DNA of 64,000 bases. Origin: an uncultured delta proteobacterium. GTDB lineage: Bacteria > Desulfobacterota > Desulfomonilia > UBA1062. The DNA lies in the NCBI GenBank assembly GCA_963752595.1, contig CAVVYZ010000013.1, positions 96,001 to 160,000 of the forward strand, in the 5' to 3' direction. Positions 17,295-27,279 of this stretch are shown one piece after another (within the stretch, counting starts at the first letter, position 1; each line of letters begins with the position of its first letter). A program made the translations under genes and the position numbers. The notes under the pieces were generated by a model, which saw only the letters and a program-made list of their open reading frames with translations, did not search any database and was not told where the DNA came from.

Positions 17295-18200
17295 AGCCGG
17301 ATAGAGATTCTTCGACCGGGATGACGTGCCTGCTCCGCCTCCGACCCCCTCACAAGCTGTATTCCGTGCCCTGATACGACACAAGATAGCGCTCATAGGC
17401 ATGGCCATCATGCTGTCTTCTCATGCTTGTAGCGGTATTCGCGCCGCTCATCCTGCCCCGTACGACCCGAACGAGCAGGACCTCTACCATGTCCTGGAAG
17501 GCCCATCCCGGCAGCACCTGCTCGGTACTGACGACGTGGGCCGGGACCTGCTGTCGCGGGTCATCTACGGTTCGCGGGTAACCCTGATGATGGGCGCCGT
17601 CTCCACCCTGTTCTCGGGCCTTATCGGCGTGTTGCTCGGCCTGGTAGCGGGCTACAAGGGCGGGATCATCGATATGGTCATCATGCGCATCACCGACACC
17701 TTCATGTGCATGCCTGCCCTGGTCCTGATCCTTGCCATCATGGCCGCCATGGGCCCGGGCATGGAGAGTGTCATCCTCTCCATCACGATCCTTGCGTGGA
17801 CCGCGTTCGCGCGCATCGTGCGGGGCCAGGTGATGCTGGTGCGCGAGCTCCCCTATGTGGAGGCGGCCCATGCCATGGGCGCCTCGGGTTTCAGGATCAT
17901 ATTCCGGCACCTGCTGCCCAATGTCATGGCCCCGATCATCGTTACCACCACCATCGCGCTGGGCGGAAACATCATGCTGGAGAGCGCGGTGTCCTTCCTG
18001 GGCTAGGCGTCCAGCCGCCCACGTCGAGCTGGGGAAACGAGCTGCGGATCGGCTATTCCTACCTGGAGATCGTGCCGCTGTTTTCCATTGCGCCGGGATT
18101 GATGATAACCCTGGCGGTCCTGGCCTTCAACTTCATGGGCGACGGCCTCAGGGATGCCCTCGACCCGCGGCTCCGCGGAAATGACAGGATGATGAAATAA
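17291..18200 (+). CDS. dppC: Dpp/Opp-type ABC permease C (frameshifted)
   Basis: HLLGTDDVGRDLLSRVIYGSR; YVEAAHAMGAS..RIIFRHLLPN; FNFMGDGLRDALDPR. Confidence 0.88.
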
Positions 18201-18210
18201 GGTAAAAGAT

Positions 18211-19179
18211 ATGCTGCTCGATGTGCAGAAACCTGACCACGCATTTCCTTACCGATAACGGCATCGTCAAGGCCGTGGACGATGTCTCCTACGGTCTGGA
18301 TGAAGGAGAGACGTAGGCCATCGTGGGCGAGAGCGGCTGCGGCAAGACCGTGAGTGCCCTTTCGCTCCTGGGCTCATCCCGGACCCGCCGGGCAGGATCG
18401 TCAAGGGCGAGGTCCTGTTCGAGGGCAGGGACCTCCTGAAGACTGAGCGAAGACGAGATCTGCCGCATCCGGGGCAACCGGATCGCCATGATCTTCCAGG
18501 AACCCATGACCTCGCTCAACCCGGTGCTGACCATCGGAAGCCAGGTCATGGAGCCTCTGATGCTCCACAAGGGCATGAACAGGAAGGAGGCGCTCCGGGA
18601 ATGCATCGAGCTGCTGAAGATGGTGCGGATCCCCGATGCCGCGAGCCAGGGTCAACGCCTTTCCCCACCAGTTCAGCGGCGGCATGCGGCAGCGGGCCAT
18701 GATCTCCATGGGGCTGGCCTGCAACCCCAGGCTCATCATTGCCGATGAGCCCACCACGGCCCTGGACGTGACCATCCAGGCCGAGCTCCTGGAGCTCATG
18801 AAAGGATCTCACCCGGGACCACGGGACCGCCCTGATCATCATCACCCACAACCTGGGCATCGTGGCCCGGTATGCGGACAGGGTCATGTCATGTATGCCG
18901 GAAAGATCATCGAAAAGGCCGTGACCAGGGACCTCTACCGCGACTCCGCTGCACCCGTACACGGTCGGGCTCATGGAATCCGTGCCCCGGCTGGACCAGG
19001 ACATCAGGCAGAAGCTCATGCCCATCGAAGGTCAGCCCCCGGACCTCTGCCAGGCTGCCCCGGGCTGCGCCTTCCACCCGCGGTGCAGGCATGCGCTTGA
19101 CCGGTGCAGGGAAGAGGCCCCTGTCTCTGAAGGAAGATCGCCGAAAACCATGAGGCGGCGTGCTGGACTCGATGCATGA
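18211..19179 (+). CDS. dppD: Dpp/Opp-type ABC ATPase D (multiple frameshifts; end approximate)
   Basis: GESGCGKT Walker [47 protein letters not shown]. Confidence 0.85.
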
Positions 19180-20208
19180 CATGAACAGAGTGATGTCCTC
19201 ATCCGGGTCAAGACCTGAAAAAGCATTTCCCCATCTATCAGGGAGTGATCTTCAAGAAAAAGATCGGCGATCTCAAGGCCGTCGACGGCGTGAGCTTCAC
19301 ATCCACAGGGGGAGACCCTCGGGCTCGTGGGCGAGAGCGGCTGCGGCAAGACCACCACCGGCAGGACCATCCTGCAGCTCGAGCGACCGACCTGCGGAGA
19401 GGTACTGTTCGAGGGCACGGACATCACCGGGCTCGGGAAGTATGAGCCAGGAAGCTCAGGAAGCACATGCAGATCATCTACCAGGACCCCTTCGGTTCCC
19501 TGGACCCCCGGATGACCGTCGGCGACATCGTGGGCGAGCCCTTGATGATCCATCAACCTGGCAAGGGGAAGAGGCGAATACGCCGACCGGGTCGGAAGCC
19601 TGCTGGAGACGTGGGCCTGAACCCGGCCATGGCCGTCGAGGTATCCCCACGAGTTCAGCGGCGGTCAGCGGCAGCGCATCGGCATAGCCCGGGCGCTGGC
19701 GGTCAAGCCGGACTTCATCGTCTGCGACGAGCCGGTATCCGCCCTGGATGTGTCGATCCAGGCCCAGATCATCAACCTCCTGGAAGACCTGCAGGAAAGG
19801 TTCAGCCTCACCTACCTCTTCATCGCCCACGACCTGCCGTGGTCAGGCACATCAGCGACCGGATCGCCGTGATGTACCTGGGCGAGATCGTCGAGATCGC
19901 GGACCGGCGGCGACCTGTACCATAACCCGGCGGCACCCCTACACCCGGGCGCTGCTCTCGGCCGTGCCCATCCCGGACCCGGAAGTCGAGTACGACACGG
20001 GAGCACTGCATGATACAGGGGCGAGGTGCCGAGCCTGCTCAATATCCCGGACGCGTGCAGGTTCCATCCCCGCTGCCCGCTGGCGCAAACGATCTGCACG
20101 GGAGACCAAGCCCGTGCTGAAAGCACTGGATACAAGCGGGCACATGGTCGCCTGCCATTTCGGGATGATAAGACGCTGAAACGTTTCAAGGAGGTCATGA
20201 GGAACTGA
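19176..20208 (+). CDS. dppF: Dpp/Opp-type ABC ATPase F (multiple frameshifts; start approximate)
   Basis: [64 protein letters not shown]. Confidence 0.85.
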
Positions 20209-21993
20209 TGCGAAAAGATACTGTTCACGCTATCCTGCATCGCAAGCGGGGTGCTCATCTTCCTTGGGGATGATCGCCCTGCCGCCTGCCCGGGCGCAGG
20301 AAAATCCGAAGGCGAGACCGGGCTGGATGGAATGGGGCCCGAAATATTCTCCCGCAAAGCCTGTCAGGGGCGGGAACCTGCGCATAGCCTTTCCGGTATA
20401 CATCGGGGTGATGAACCCTAATCACTTTCCTGTCCTGGACTGGCCCACCATGAGTTATATGTACGAAAGGCTCATCCACTTCGACAGCAGCTACAGGCCG
20501 ACGCACCCTGGCTCGCCGAGTCGTGGAAATACATCGATGACGTTACCGTGGTCATGAAGCTAAAGAAGGGCGTCATGTTCCACGACGGGTCCCCGTTCAA
20601 TGCCCGGAGCCTCAAATACCAGATGGACTGGATCATGGACAGGGACAACATGGCCTGGACCAGAGCCTGGATCGAACCCCTGAAGTCGGTCGAAGTGGTG
20701 GACGAGTACACGGTCAGATGGCATTTCAAGAGGCCCTGGGGATCGTTCCTGGGGACCATGGCAAGCGTTCCCGGGTATGCCGTCTCGGCCAAAGCCCTTG
20801 AACGCGATGCCGCAAGAGCAAAGGCGAAAAGGATCGAGCGGGAGCTCGTCACTGCGCGGCGCAAGGCCAAGAATGGAAAAGACCCGGATAAGGCGGCCAA
20901 GGCGGCTCAGCTCACGGTCGACCTGGAGGCGCAGCTGAAGAAATACACGGAGCTTGCTAAGGGCGCCGGGCCGCTCGATATCAACCCGGTCGGCACCGGG
21001 CCGTATATGTTCGAATCTGCCAGCACGGATAATTACATACAATTGAAGCGCAACCCCGACTGGTGGTTCGGCAAGAGCATAGGGCATCCCGACATGCCGT
21101 ATTTCGACGGGATCCGGGTCTCGGTCATCCCGGATCCGTCCGTCCGGCTGGCAAACCTCAAGGCGGGCAAGCTCGATTTCATTCTGCTCGATGCCACCCA
21201 GTACCGGCTCGTGAAAAACGATCGGAACTTCAACTCCGGAGCCATGCCCATGAACTGGCTGGTGTTTCTCACCTTCAACCATGCGAAGGGGCCGTGCTCG
21301 GACATCAGGGTCCGTCAGGCCATCTCCCATGCCATAGACCGGAAGGCCCTGGTCATGGGGACCCAGTTCGGGCTCGGAAGGGTGTCGAGCTGCGTGTACC
21401 CCGACGACCACTGGGCACATAATCCGGACCTGAAGCCCGTGAGCTATGACCCCGGGCTGTCGAAGAAGCTTCTTGCCCAGGCCGGGTATGCGAACGGGCT
21501 CACCATAAAAGGCTTTACCCTCAATACACCCGAGGCCCAGGCCTTTGCAAAGGCCGTGATGGCCATGCTGGCAAAGGTCGGGATCACGTGGCAACCGGTC
21601 TTTCTGGGCATCACCGGGATGATCGAGCCTTTCCGGAAGCTGGACTTCGACGTGATCGGAAACCTCTACCCCTGGATTCAGGAGCCGGACCACGCCGCCA
21701 CGCTGCTCTACGATCCTGCCAGCCCCTTGAATAACGGCAGGAGCAATAACCCGAAGGCGTTAGCACTCATCAAAGAGGGAAGAACCACGGTGGACGAGGC
21801 AAAGAGGGCAAAGATCTACCATGAGCTTGAAAAGGTGCTTTACGGCAATTACGAAGATGCCTGGCTGTGGTGGCCGACGGCGGTCCTGGTCAGCAGCAAA
21901 AATGTCATGGGATACAATAAGGACATGCACCGGCAGTATGGGGAAGGCTATATTTTTTCGCATCCGCAGTGGTTCAGGGACGGGCATCCGTGA
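20208..21993 (+). CDS. Family-5 ABC substrate-binding protein (5' part frameshifted)
   Basis: KPVRGG.L; LKKGVMFHDGSPFNA; PVGTGPY; DIRVRQAISHAIDR. Confidence 0.9.
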
Positions 21994-22079
21994 TCTGACC
22001 CATTCAGGTCGGACCAGGTACCTTGTCAATTTTGCATAAGGGGAGACAATAATAGCCCCCTGGCCAAAGTATTTCAAGT

Positions 22080-22134
22080 TCCCTCGCCCCCGGGGCACCC
22101 GCAAAGCGGGTCGTGAGAGGGACAGGGGGAGGGG
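22080..22134 (-). repeat. REP-like repeat, copy 2 (inverted relative to copy 1)
   Basis: Reverse complement reads cccctccccctgtccctctcacgacccgctttgcgggtgccccgggggcgaggga. Confidence 0.85.
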
Positions 22135-22161
22135 ACTTAGGTCTAACAATCCGAGGGTACT

Positions 22162-23502
22162 TCATTTGTCCGGCTCCGGTTCTCCCTTTTCAGTCGGCCT
22201 TTGGGAAGGCAGCGGCTTTATCCGCACCTGGTCCACCCGTTTGCCGTCCATCTCCACCACCTCGAAGCGCTTGTCCGCGTACTCGAAAGCGTCACCCTCG
22301 GTAGGAATCCGGCCGAGCATGGCCATGACGAACCCGCCCAGGGTGTCGAACCCTTCTTCTGCCTCCTCGGGCAGTTCTCTCATATCGAGGTGCTCCATGA
22401 ACTCCTGGAGCGGCAGTCGGCCGTCCATGAGCCATGCCCCGTTTTCAAGCCGTATCGATTCGGGCTCTTCGGGCAAGCCGGGGCTGCGGATCTCTCCTAC
22501 GAGCGCTTCCACGATATCCGTCATGGTCACCAGGCCGTGCGTGCCCCCGAATTCGTCGATTACCAGGGCCATGTGCTGCCCCGATTGCTTGAACAGCTCC
22601 AGCATCTCAAGCGTCGATTTGCTCTCGGGCACGAACACCGGGGGCTTCATGAGCGTGCGTATGTCGGCGGGCGGGCTCATGAGCTGCCGGGTGAGCACAT
22701 CGCGGCCTCCCACGACGCCGATGACATTGTCCAGATTCTCTTTCGCCACCGGGAATGAGGTATGCGGGCTGTTCACGACCGTGGCCAGGATGTTTTCAAA
22801 GGCGTCGTCGACATCCAGCCAGACAACCTCCATGCGCGGGGTGATGATCGCGCTCACTCGCAGGTCGTCAAGGCGCAGGGCGCTCTCGATGATATCCTGT
22901 TCCGTGGGCTCGAATATGCCCGCCCGTTCGCCCTGTTCGAGCAGGATGCTGATCTCTTCGGCGGTTACCGGCAGCTCCTTGGCCTGCCTGATTCCGAGCA
23001 GCCGGACGAGCAGGTCTGTCGAAGCGCTCAGGAGATAGACAACCGGGGCAAGGAGAACCGAGATAAACCGCATGGGCCGGGCCATGGCCGAGGCGAGGCC
23101 TTCGGGGTTGCTCAGTGCGATCCGCTTGGGCAGGAGCTCCCCGATAACCAGCGTCAGGTATGTGATGACCAGCACCACTACTCCCAGGCTGACGGCATAG
23201 GCATAGGGTCCGAGTACCGGAATCCACATCAGTTCAGCCGAGAGGAACCCTGCGACAGTTGCACCGCCGAATGCTCCCGCCAGTATGCCGACCAGGGTGA
23301 TGCCGATCTGAACGGTCGAAAGGAATCGCGTAGGCTCGGATATCAGTGCCAGAGCCATCCGGGCGCCTTTGTCACCGGTGTCGGCACGCTGCTGCAGACG
23401 CGCCCTGCGGGCTGAGATCACGGCTATTTCAGCCAGGGCGAACACGCCGTTTGCGATGATCAGCAGCAGGATGACGAGGGAGTCTATAAGGAAGCTTGAC
23501 AC
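22162..23502 (-). CDS. HlyC/CorC (CNNM-CBS-CorC) family transporter
   Basis: NGVFALAEIAVISARR, FLSTVQIGIT, GELLPKRIA, VIDEFGGTHGLVT, DTLGGFVM, DGKRVDQV. Confidence 0.95.
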   Translation of the reverse strand: MSSFLIDSLVILLLIIANGVFALAEIAVISARRARLQQRADTGDKGARMALALISEPTRFLSTVQIGITLVGILAGAFGGATVAGFLSAELMWIPVLGPYAYAVSLGVVVLVITYLTLVIGELLPKRIALSNPEGLASAMARPMRFISVLLAPVVYLLSASTDLLVRLLGIRQAKELPVTAEEISILLEQGERAGIFEPTEQDIIESALRLDDLRVSAIITPRMEVVWLDVDDAFENILATVVNSPHTSFPVAKENLDNVIGVVGGRDVLTRQLMSPPADIRTLMKPPVFVPESKSTLEMLELFKQSGQHMALVIDEFGGTHGLVTMTDIVEALVGEIRSPGLPEEPESIRLENGAWLMDGRLPLQEFMEHLDMRELPEEAEEGFDTLGGFVMAMLGRIPTEGDAFEYADKRFEVVEMDGKRVDQVRIKPLPSQRPTEKGEPEPDK

Positions 23503-23962
23503 ATCCCATACCTGATACGGTCAGTTTTTATACAATAAAGTCTAATGGGAATAGCCAAGCATTCAAGTAAATGCACCGGCATCCTATGAGGAAGGCCGGG
23601 AAGAATCGTCACTTTTCCCTCAAAGTGAAGCAGAAAGGAACAATATATTATTGAAATAAAGCATGGCTCACAAGTGACTCCATGGGCCGGTAGAGAGGCA
23701 GAATAAACCGACTTGAGATATATACTGCACCACATATTATAACTTACACGAGCCGTATGCATTACCCGGAAGGGATGAGTAACAGCCAGCCCGAAAAGGA
23801 AATACATATGGCTCGATTTTTGTCATGGCCCGGTCCGGACAAGACACTTTGGATATATACCGGACCGCCTGCACATGGACAACCGGTATCCATGCATGAT
23901 CAATAAGCCAAGCCGTGGTGAAAAGCCGACAGCAGATCGATTGAAAAGGAGAAGTAAAATCC

Positions 23963-24121
23963 ATGCCGATCTTTTTTCTTATCGCAGCCATCATTTCCGG
24001 CATACTTGCCTTTAAAATCTTTTTCGGGCTTGTATCCCTGCTGTTTAAAATCCTGCTCATCCTGTTTTTTATTCTCTTTATCGTGACGTACTTCAGGGGG
24101 AGGGGACGTGCAATAACATAA
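23963..24121 (+). CDS. Small membrane protein, DUF1328/YtjA-like
   Basis: RBS AAGGAG; 52 aa MPIFFLIAAIISGILAF...FKILLILFFILFIVTYFRGRGRAIT, below the ORF-track cutoff. Confidence 0.6.
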   Translation: MPIFFLIAAIISGILAFKIFFGLVSLLFKILLILFFILFIVTYFRGRGRAIT

Positions 24122-24484
24122 CCTCCGGACCGACGGGCAGGGATATCGATTTTCAATCCCCTAAGCCACCTGTGTCCTGCGAACGGTCTTTGTTTCAGGC
24201 GCATTTTCTCAAGCCTCATCCGCTGCTTGTAAAATTATCCACACCTCTTATCATCAGTTATACGAGCCATCTGTACCTCCTTGAGGATCAATTTCCTCCT
24301 ATGCCGAACGGAGATGCTTTTGGCTCGTTTTACTGTGTATCGGAGGTATGGGAATCAGGTTTTCACAGCGTACCATACGGGTATTTGAAATCGGGAAGGA
24401 TACTTCTTCTGCACATCTCTTCCATACCCGTCTTTGTATAACTGGCGGTCCAGCTCATAAACCAATAAACAATGGAGTAATGCC

Positions 24485-26035
24485 ATGGATGATCAACGGA
24501 AAAAACTGCCGGAAACAAAGGCAGACCTGCAGGGAAAGCCCACAAGCCTCTGGACTGATACTACGCCGGAGACCGATTTTCCCAAGCCGGGTCATGACCT
24601 CCATGTGGATGCGGCGGTCGTTGGAGGAGGCATAGCGGGTCTGACCACGGCCATGCTGCTGCAGGAGGGAGGCCTGAATGTCGCGGTGATCGAAGCCCGA
24701 GGCATCGTCACAGGGGTGACAGCAAACACGACGGCAAAGATAACCGCTTTGCACGGAACTGTCTACAAAAGCCTGATATCCACGTTCGGACGCGAGGGAG
24801 CCCAGATCTATGCCCAAGCCAATCAAACGGCCATCGATAAGATCGAGGACTTTGTTGATAAGGAAGGTATAGACTGTGATTTCCGTCGTGATTTCTCCTG
24901 CACCTATACCTCTTCTGATAAGATGGTCAGCCGGATAGAAGAGGAGGTCAGAGCTGCCGAGAGTGCAGGGCTTCCTGTGTATTTTACGGAAACCACCACG
25001 CTGCCGTATCCTGTCAGGGGAGCGGTTTGCTTGAAAGACCAGGCCAGGTTCCACCCCAGGAAATATCTGCTGGGAATGGTCCTGAAATTTACGGGAGCAG
25101 GGGGAAAGATCTTCGAAAATACCCGGTGCAGAACCATTCGAAAAGGCAAGTCCTTTTCTGATGTGGTAACGGATAACGGCATTGTGCGTGCAAAGGATGT
25201 TGTTATTGCCACAAATTATCCTTTCTATGACCCGGCCTTTTATTTTTCACGGTTGTATCCCTACCGGTCGTATGTCCTGGGGGTAAGGCTGAACACCCCT
25301 TGCCCGGAGGGGATGTATATCAGTATCGAAGAACCGTTTCGTTCCGCTCGCAGAAATCCCATCGAAGGTGGGGAGATACTCATCGTAGGAGGGGTGCATC
25401 ATAAAACCGGCATGGTAGAAGATACCGTACGACTCTATAAGGATCTCGAAGGATTTGCCCGCAGCAGCTTCGATGTGAAGTCCATCGATTACCATTGGTC
25501 AACCCAGGACAATTCTACCCCGGATCACGTCCCCTATATCGGGCAGGCCTCGCCGATTCACAAAAATATTTATATCGTTACCGGATTTAAAGGATGGGGA
25601 ATGGCGCACGGCATGGTGGCGGCAATGATTCTCTCGGATGCCATCCTTGGGAGGAAAAACGACTGGGCTTCCCTCTATGACCCTTTGCGCTTCAAACCGA
25701 GCAGCGCCTTCGAATTTGCGAAGGAAAACCTGCAAGTTGCAAAGAGCTTCGTGAAAGATCGCCTGCTGCCGATTTCCGATCATCTGGATACGCAGAACCT
25801 GAGGCCGGGAGAAGGGGGAGTCTTCCAGGGTAAAGATGCGAAAACGGCGGTTGCAAAGGACAGCCAGGGAAACCTTCATGCCGTTTCTCCGGTATGCGTG
25901 CATATGGGGTGCATGCTTTCGTGGAACAATGCGGAAGAAACCTGGGACTGCCCGTGCCACGGGTCACGGTTCGATGCTGACGGGCATGTGATCCAAGCCC
26001 CTGCGAACAGGGACCTGGAGAAAAAATCAATCTAG
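24485..26035 (+). CDS. FAD-dependent oxidoreductase with C-terminal Rieske domain (YhfW-like)
   Basis: VVGGGIAGL, TANTTAKIT, WSTQD, Rieske CVHMGC...WDCPCHGSRF. Confidence 0.95.
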   Translation: MDDQRKKLPETKADLQGKPTSLWTDTTPETDFPKPGHDLHVDAAVVGGGIAGLTTAMLLQEGGLNVAVIEARGIVTGVTANTTAKITALHGTVYKSLISTFGREGAQIYAQANQTAIDKIEDFVDKEGIDCDFRRDFSCTYTSSDKMVSRIEEEVRAAESAGLPVYFTETTTLPYPVRGAVCLKDQARFHPRKYLLGMVLKFTGAGGKIFENTRCRTIRKGKSFSDVVTDNGIVRAKDVVIATNYPFYDPAFYFSRLYPYRSYVLGVRLNTPCPEGMYISIEEPFRSARRNPIEGGEILIVGGVHHKTGMVEDTVRLYKDLEGFARSSFDVKSIDYHWSTQDNSTPDHVPYIGQASPIHKNIYIVTGFKGWGMAHGMVAAMILSDAILGRKNDWASLYDPLRFKPSSAFEFAKENLQVAKSFVKDRLLPISDHLDTQNLRPGEGGVFQGKDAKTAVAKDSQGNLHAVSPVCVHMGCMLSWNNAEETWDCPCHGSRFDADGHVIQAPANRDLEKKSI

Positions 26036-26048
26036 GGAGGCACAAAAA

Positions 26049-26117
26049 ATGGTGAAAAAAAAGCGTTGCTGCAGGCTCATTGCAAGGAGACGCAAGAGAC
26101 GTTGTTGTATCGTTTAG
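26049..26117 (+). CDS. Putative 22-aa Arg/Lys/Cys-rich peptide
   Basis: RBS GGGAGG 8 nt before ATG; MVKKKRCCRLIARRRKRRCCIV. Confidence 0.5.
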   Translation: MVKKKRCCRLIARRRKRRCCIV

Positions 26118-26225
26118 CCCCGGCAGAGGTTGTCCTTGGCTGATGAAGTCAGTTCATCGTAACCTTTTTCGAAACAGTACGGGAAAGAGACAGCACCTAA
26201 AAGGGTGAAGGAGGGTGTAAGCAGC

Positions 26226-27263
26226 GTGAAGATTGCCCAGGTTGCACCCCTATATGAGCCTGTGCCGCCAAGGCTCTACGGAGGCACGGAAAGGGTTGTA
26301 TCCTATATTTGCGAAGAGCTTGTCCGGAGAGGGCATGAGGTTACGCTCTTTGCAAGCGGCGACTCCAGAACAAAGGCGGAACTCCGCAGTGTGATACCCA
26401 ATGCCATCCGGCTGGATGATCATGGGCCCGATCCCTACGCGTTTCACGTTATGGAGCTGACGGAGGTCTCGGCAAAGGCTGATGTGTTCGACATCATACA
26501 CTGCCACCTGGAATACCTTGCATTTCCCTTCAGCAGGTTCTTCGGGACGCCATCCGTACACACCCTCCACGGAAGGCTCGATCTTCCCTACTGGGAACCT
26601 ATGCTGAAGATTTATCCTGATATTTCTCTGGTATCCGTAAGCAACAGTCAGCGACTCCCTCTGGATGGTTTAGAGGCGCACTGGATGGATACCATCTATC
26701 ACGGTCTGCCCGATCACTGCTTCCGGCTCTATCCCGGCAAAGGAAAGTATCTGGCATATTACTCCAGGATGTCCCGGGAAAAACGTCCCGACCTGGCGAT
26801 AGAGGTGGCAAAGAAAACGAACATTCCCCTGAAGATGGCCGGGAAGATCGGCAAAGAAGACGAAGACTATTTCACCCGGAAAATAGAGACGGAACTGGAT
26901 CATCCCCTGATCGAATTCATCGGTGAGATCGGAGATAAGGAGCGGGCAGTTCTGCTCGGGAACGCCATGGCGCTTCTCTTTCCCATAGAGTGGCCCGAGC
27001 CCTTCGGGCTGGTGATGATCGAAGCGATGGCCAATGGAACGCCGGTGATCGCACGCCCCTTCGGCGCGGTCCCGGAGTTGATCGACGAGGGAGTGACCGG
27101 TCTGATCGCACACGATGTGGACGGACTGGTGGAAGCGGTCGGAAAAGTCGGACAGATCGACCGAGAGGGCTGCTATCTTAAGGCTCGGGAGCGTTTCTCG
27201 GTGAAAGCCATGGTCGACCGGTATGAAAAGGTATACCTGGCACTCATGGGCGAGGGGATGTGA
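26226..27263 (+). CDS. Glycosyltransferase family 4
   Basis: KIAQVAPLYEPVPPRLYGGTERVV; WPEPFGLVMIEAMANGTPVI. Confidence 0.95.
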   Translation: MKIAQVAPLYEPVPPRLYGGTERVVSYICEELVRRGHEVTLFASGDSRTKAELRSVIPNAIRLDDHGPDPYAFHVMELTEVSAKADVFDIIHCHLEYLAFPFSRFFGTPSVHTLHGRLDLPYWEPMLKIYPDISLVSVSNSQRLPLDGLEAHWMDTIYHGLPDHCFRLYPGKGKYLAYYSRMSREKRPDLAIEVAKKTNIPLKMAGKIGKEDEDYFTRKIETELDHPLIEFIGEIGDKERAVLLGNAMALLFPIEWPEPFGLVMIEAMANGTPVIARPFGAVPELIDEGVTGLIAHDVDGLVEAVGKVGQIDREGCYLKARERFSVKAMVDRYEKVYLALMGEGM

Positions 27264-27279
27264 CCTAAGAGATTTACGC

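Noticed and set aside
15990-20550. Programmed frameshifting or true pseudogenisation of the ABC operon
   Set aside because: Indels are numerous and scattered, lack slippery-site logic, and share the pattern seen in essential genes.
24130-24460. Short minus-strand ORFs with RBS (MARITDDKRCG; MSWTASYTKTG)
   Set aside because: They terminate quickly and have no recognisable product; cannot be supported.
26106-26114. CaaX prenylation signal in the 22-aa peptide (CCIV)
   Set aside because: CaaX prenyltransferases are eukaryotic; the resemblance is probably coincidental.
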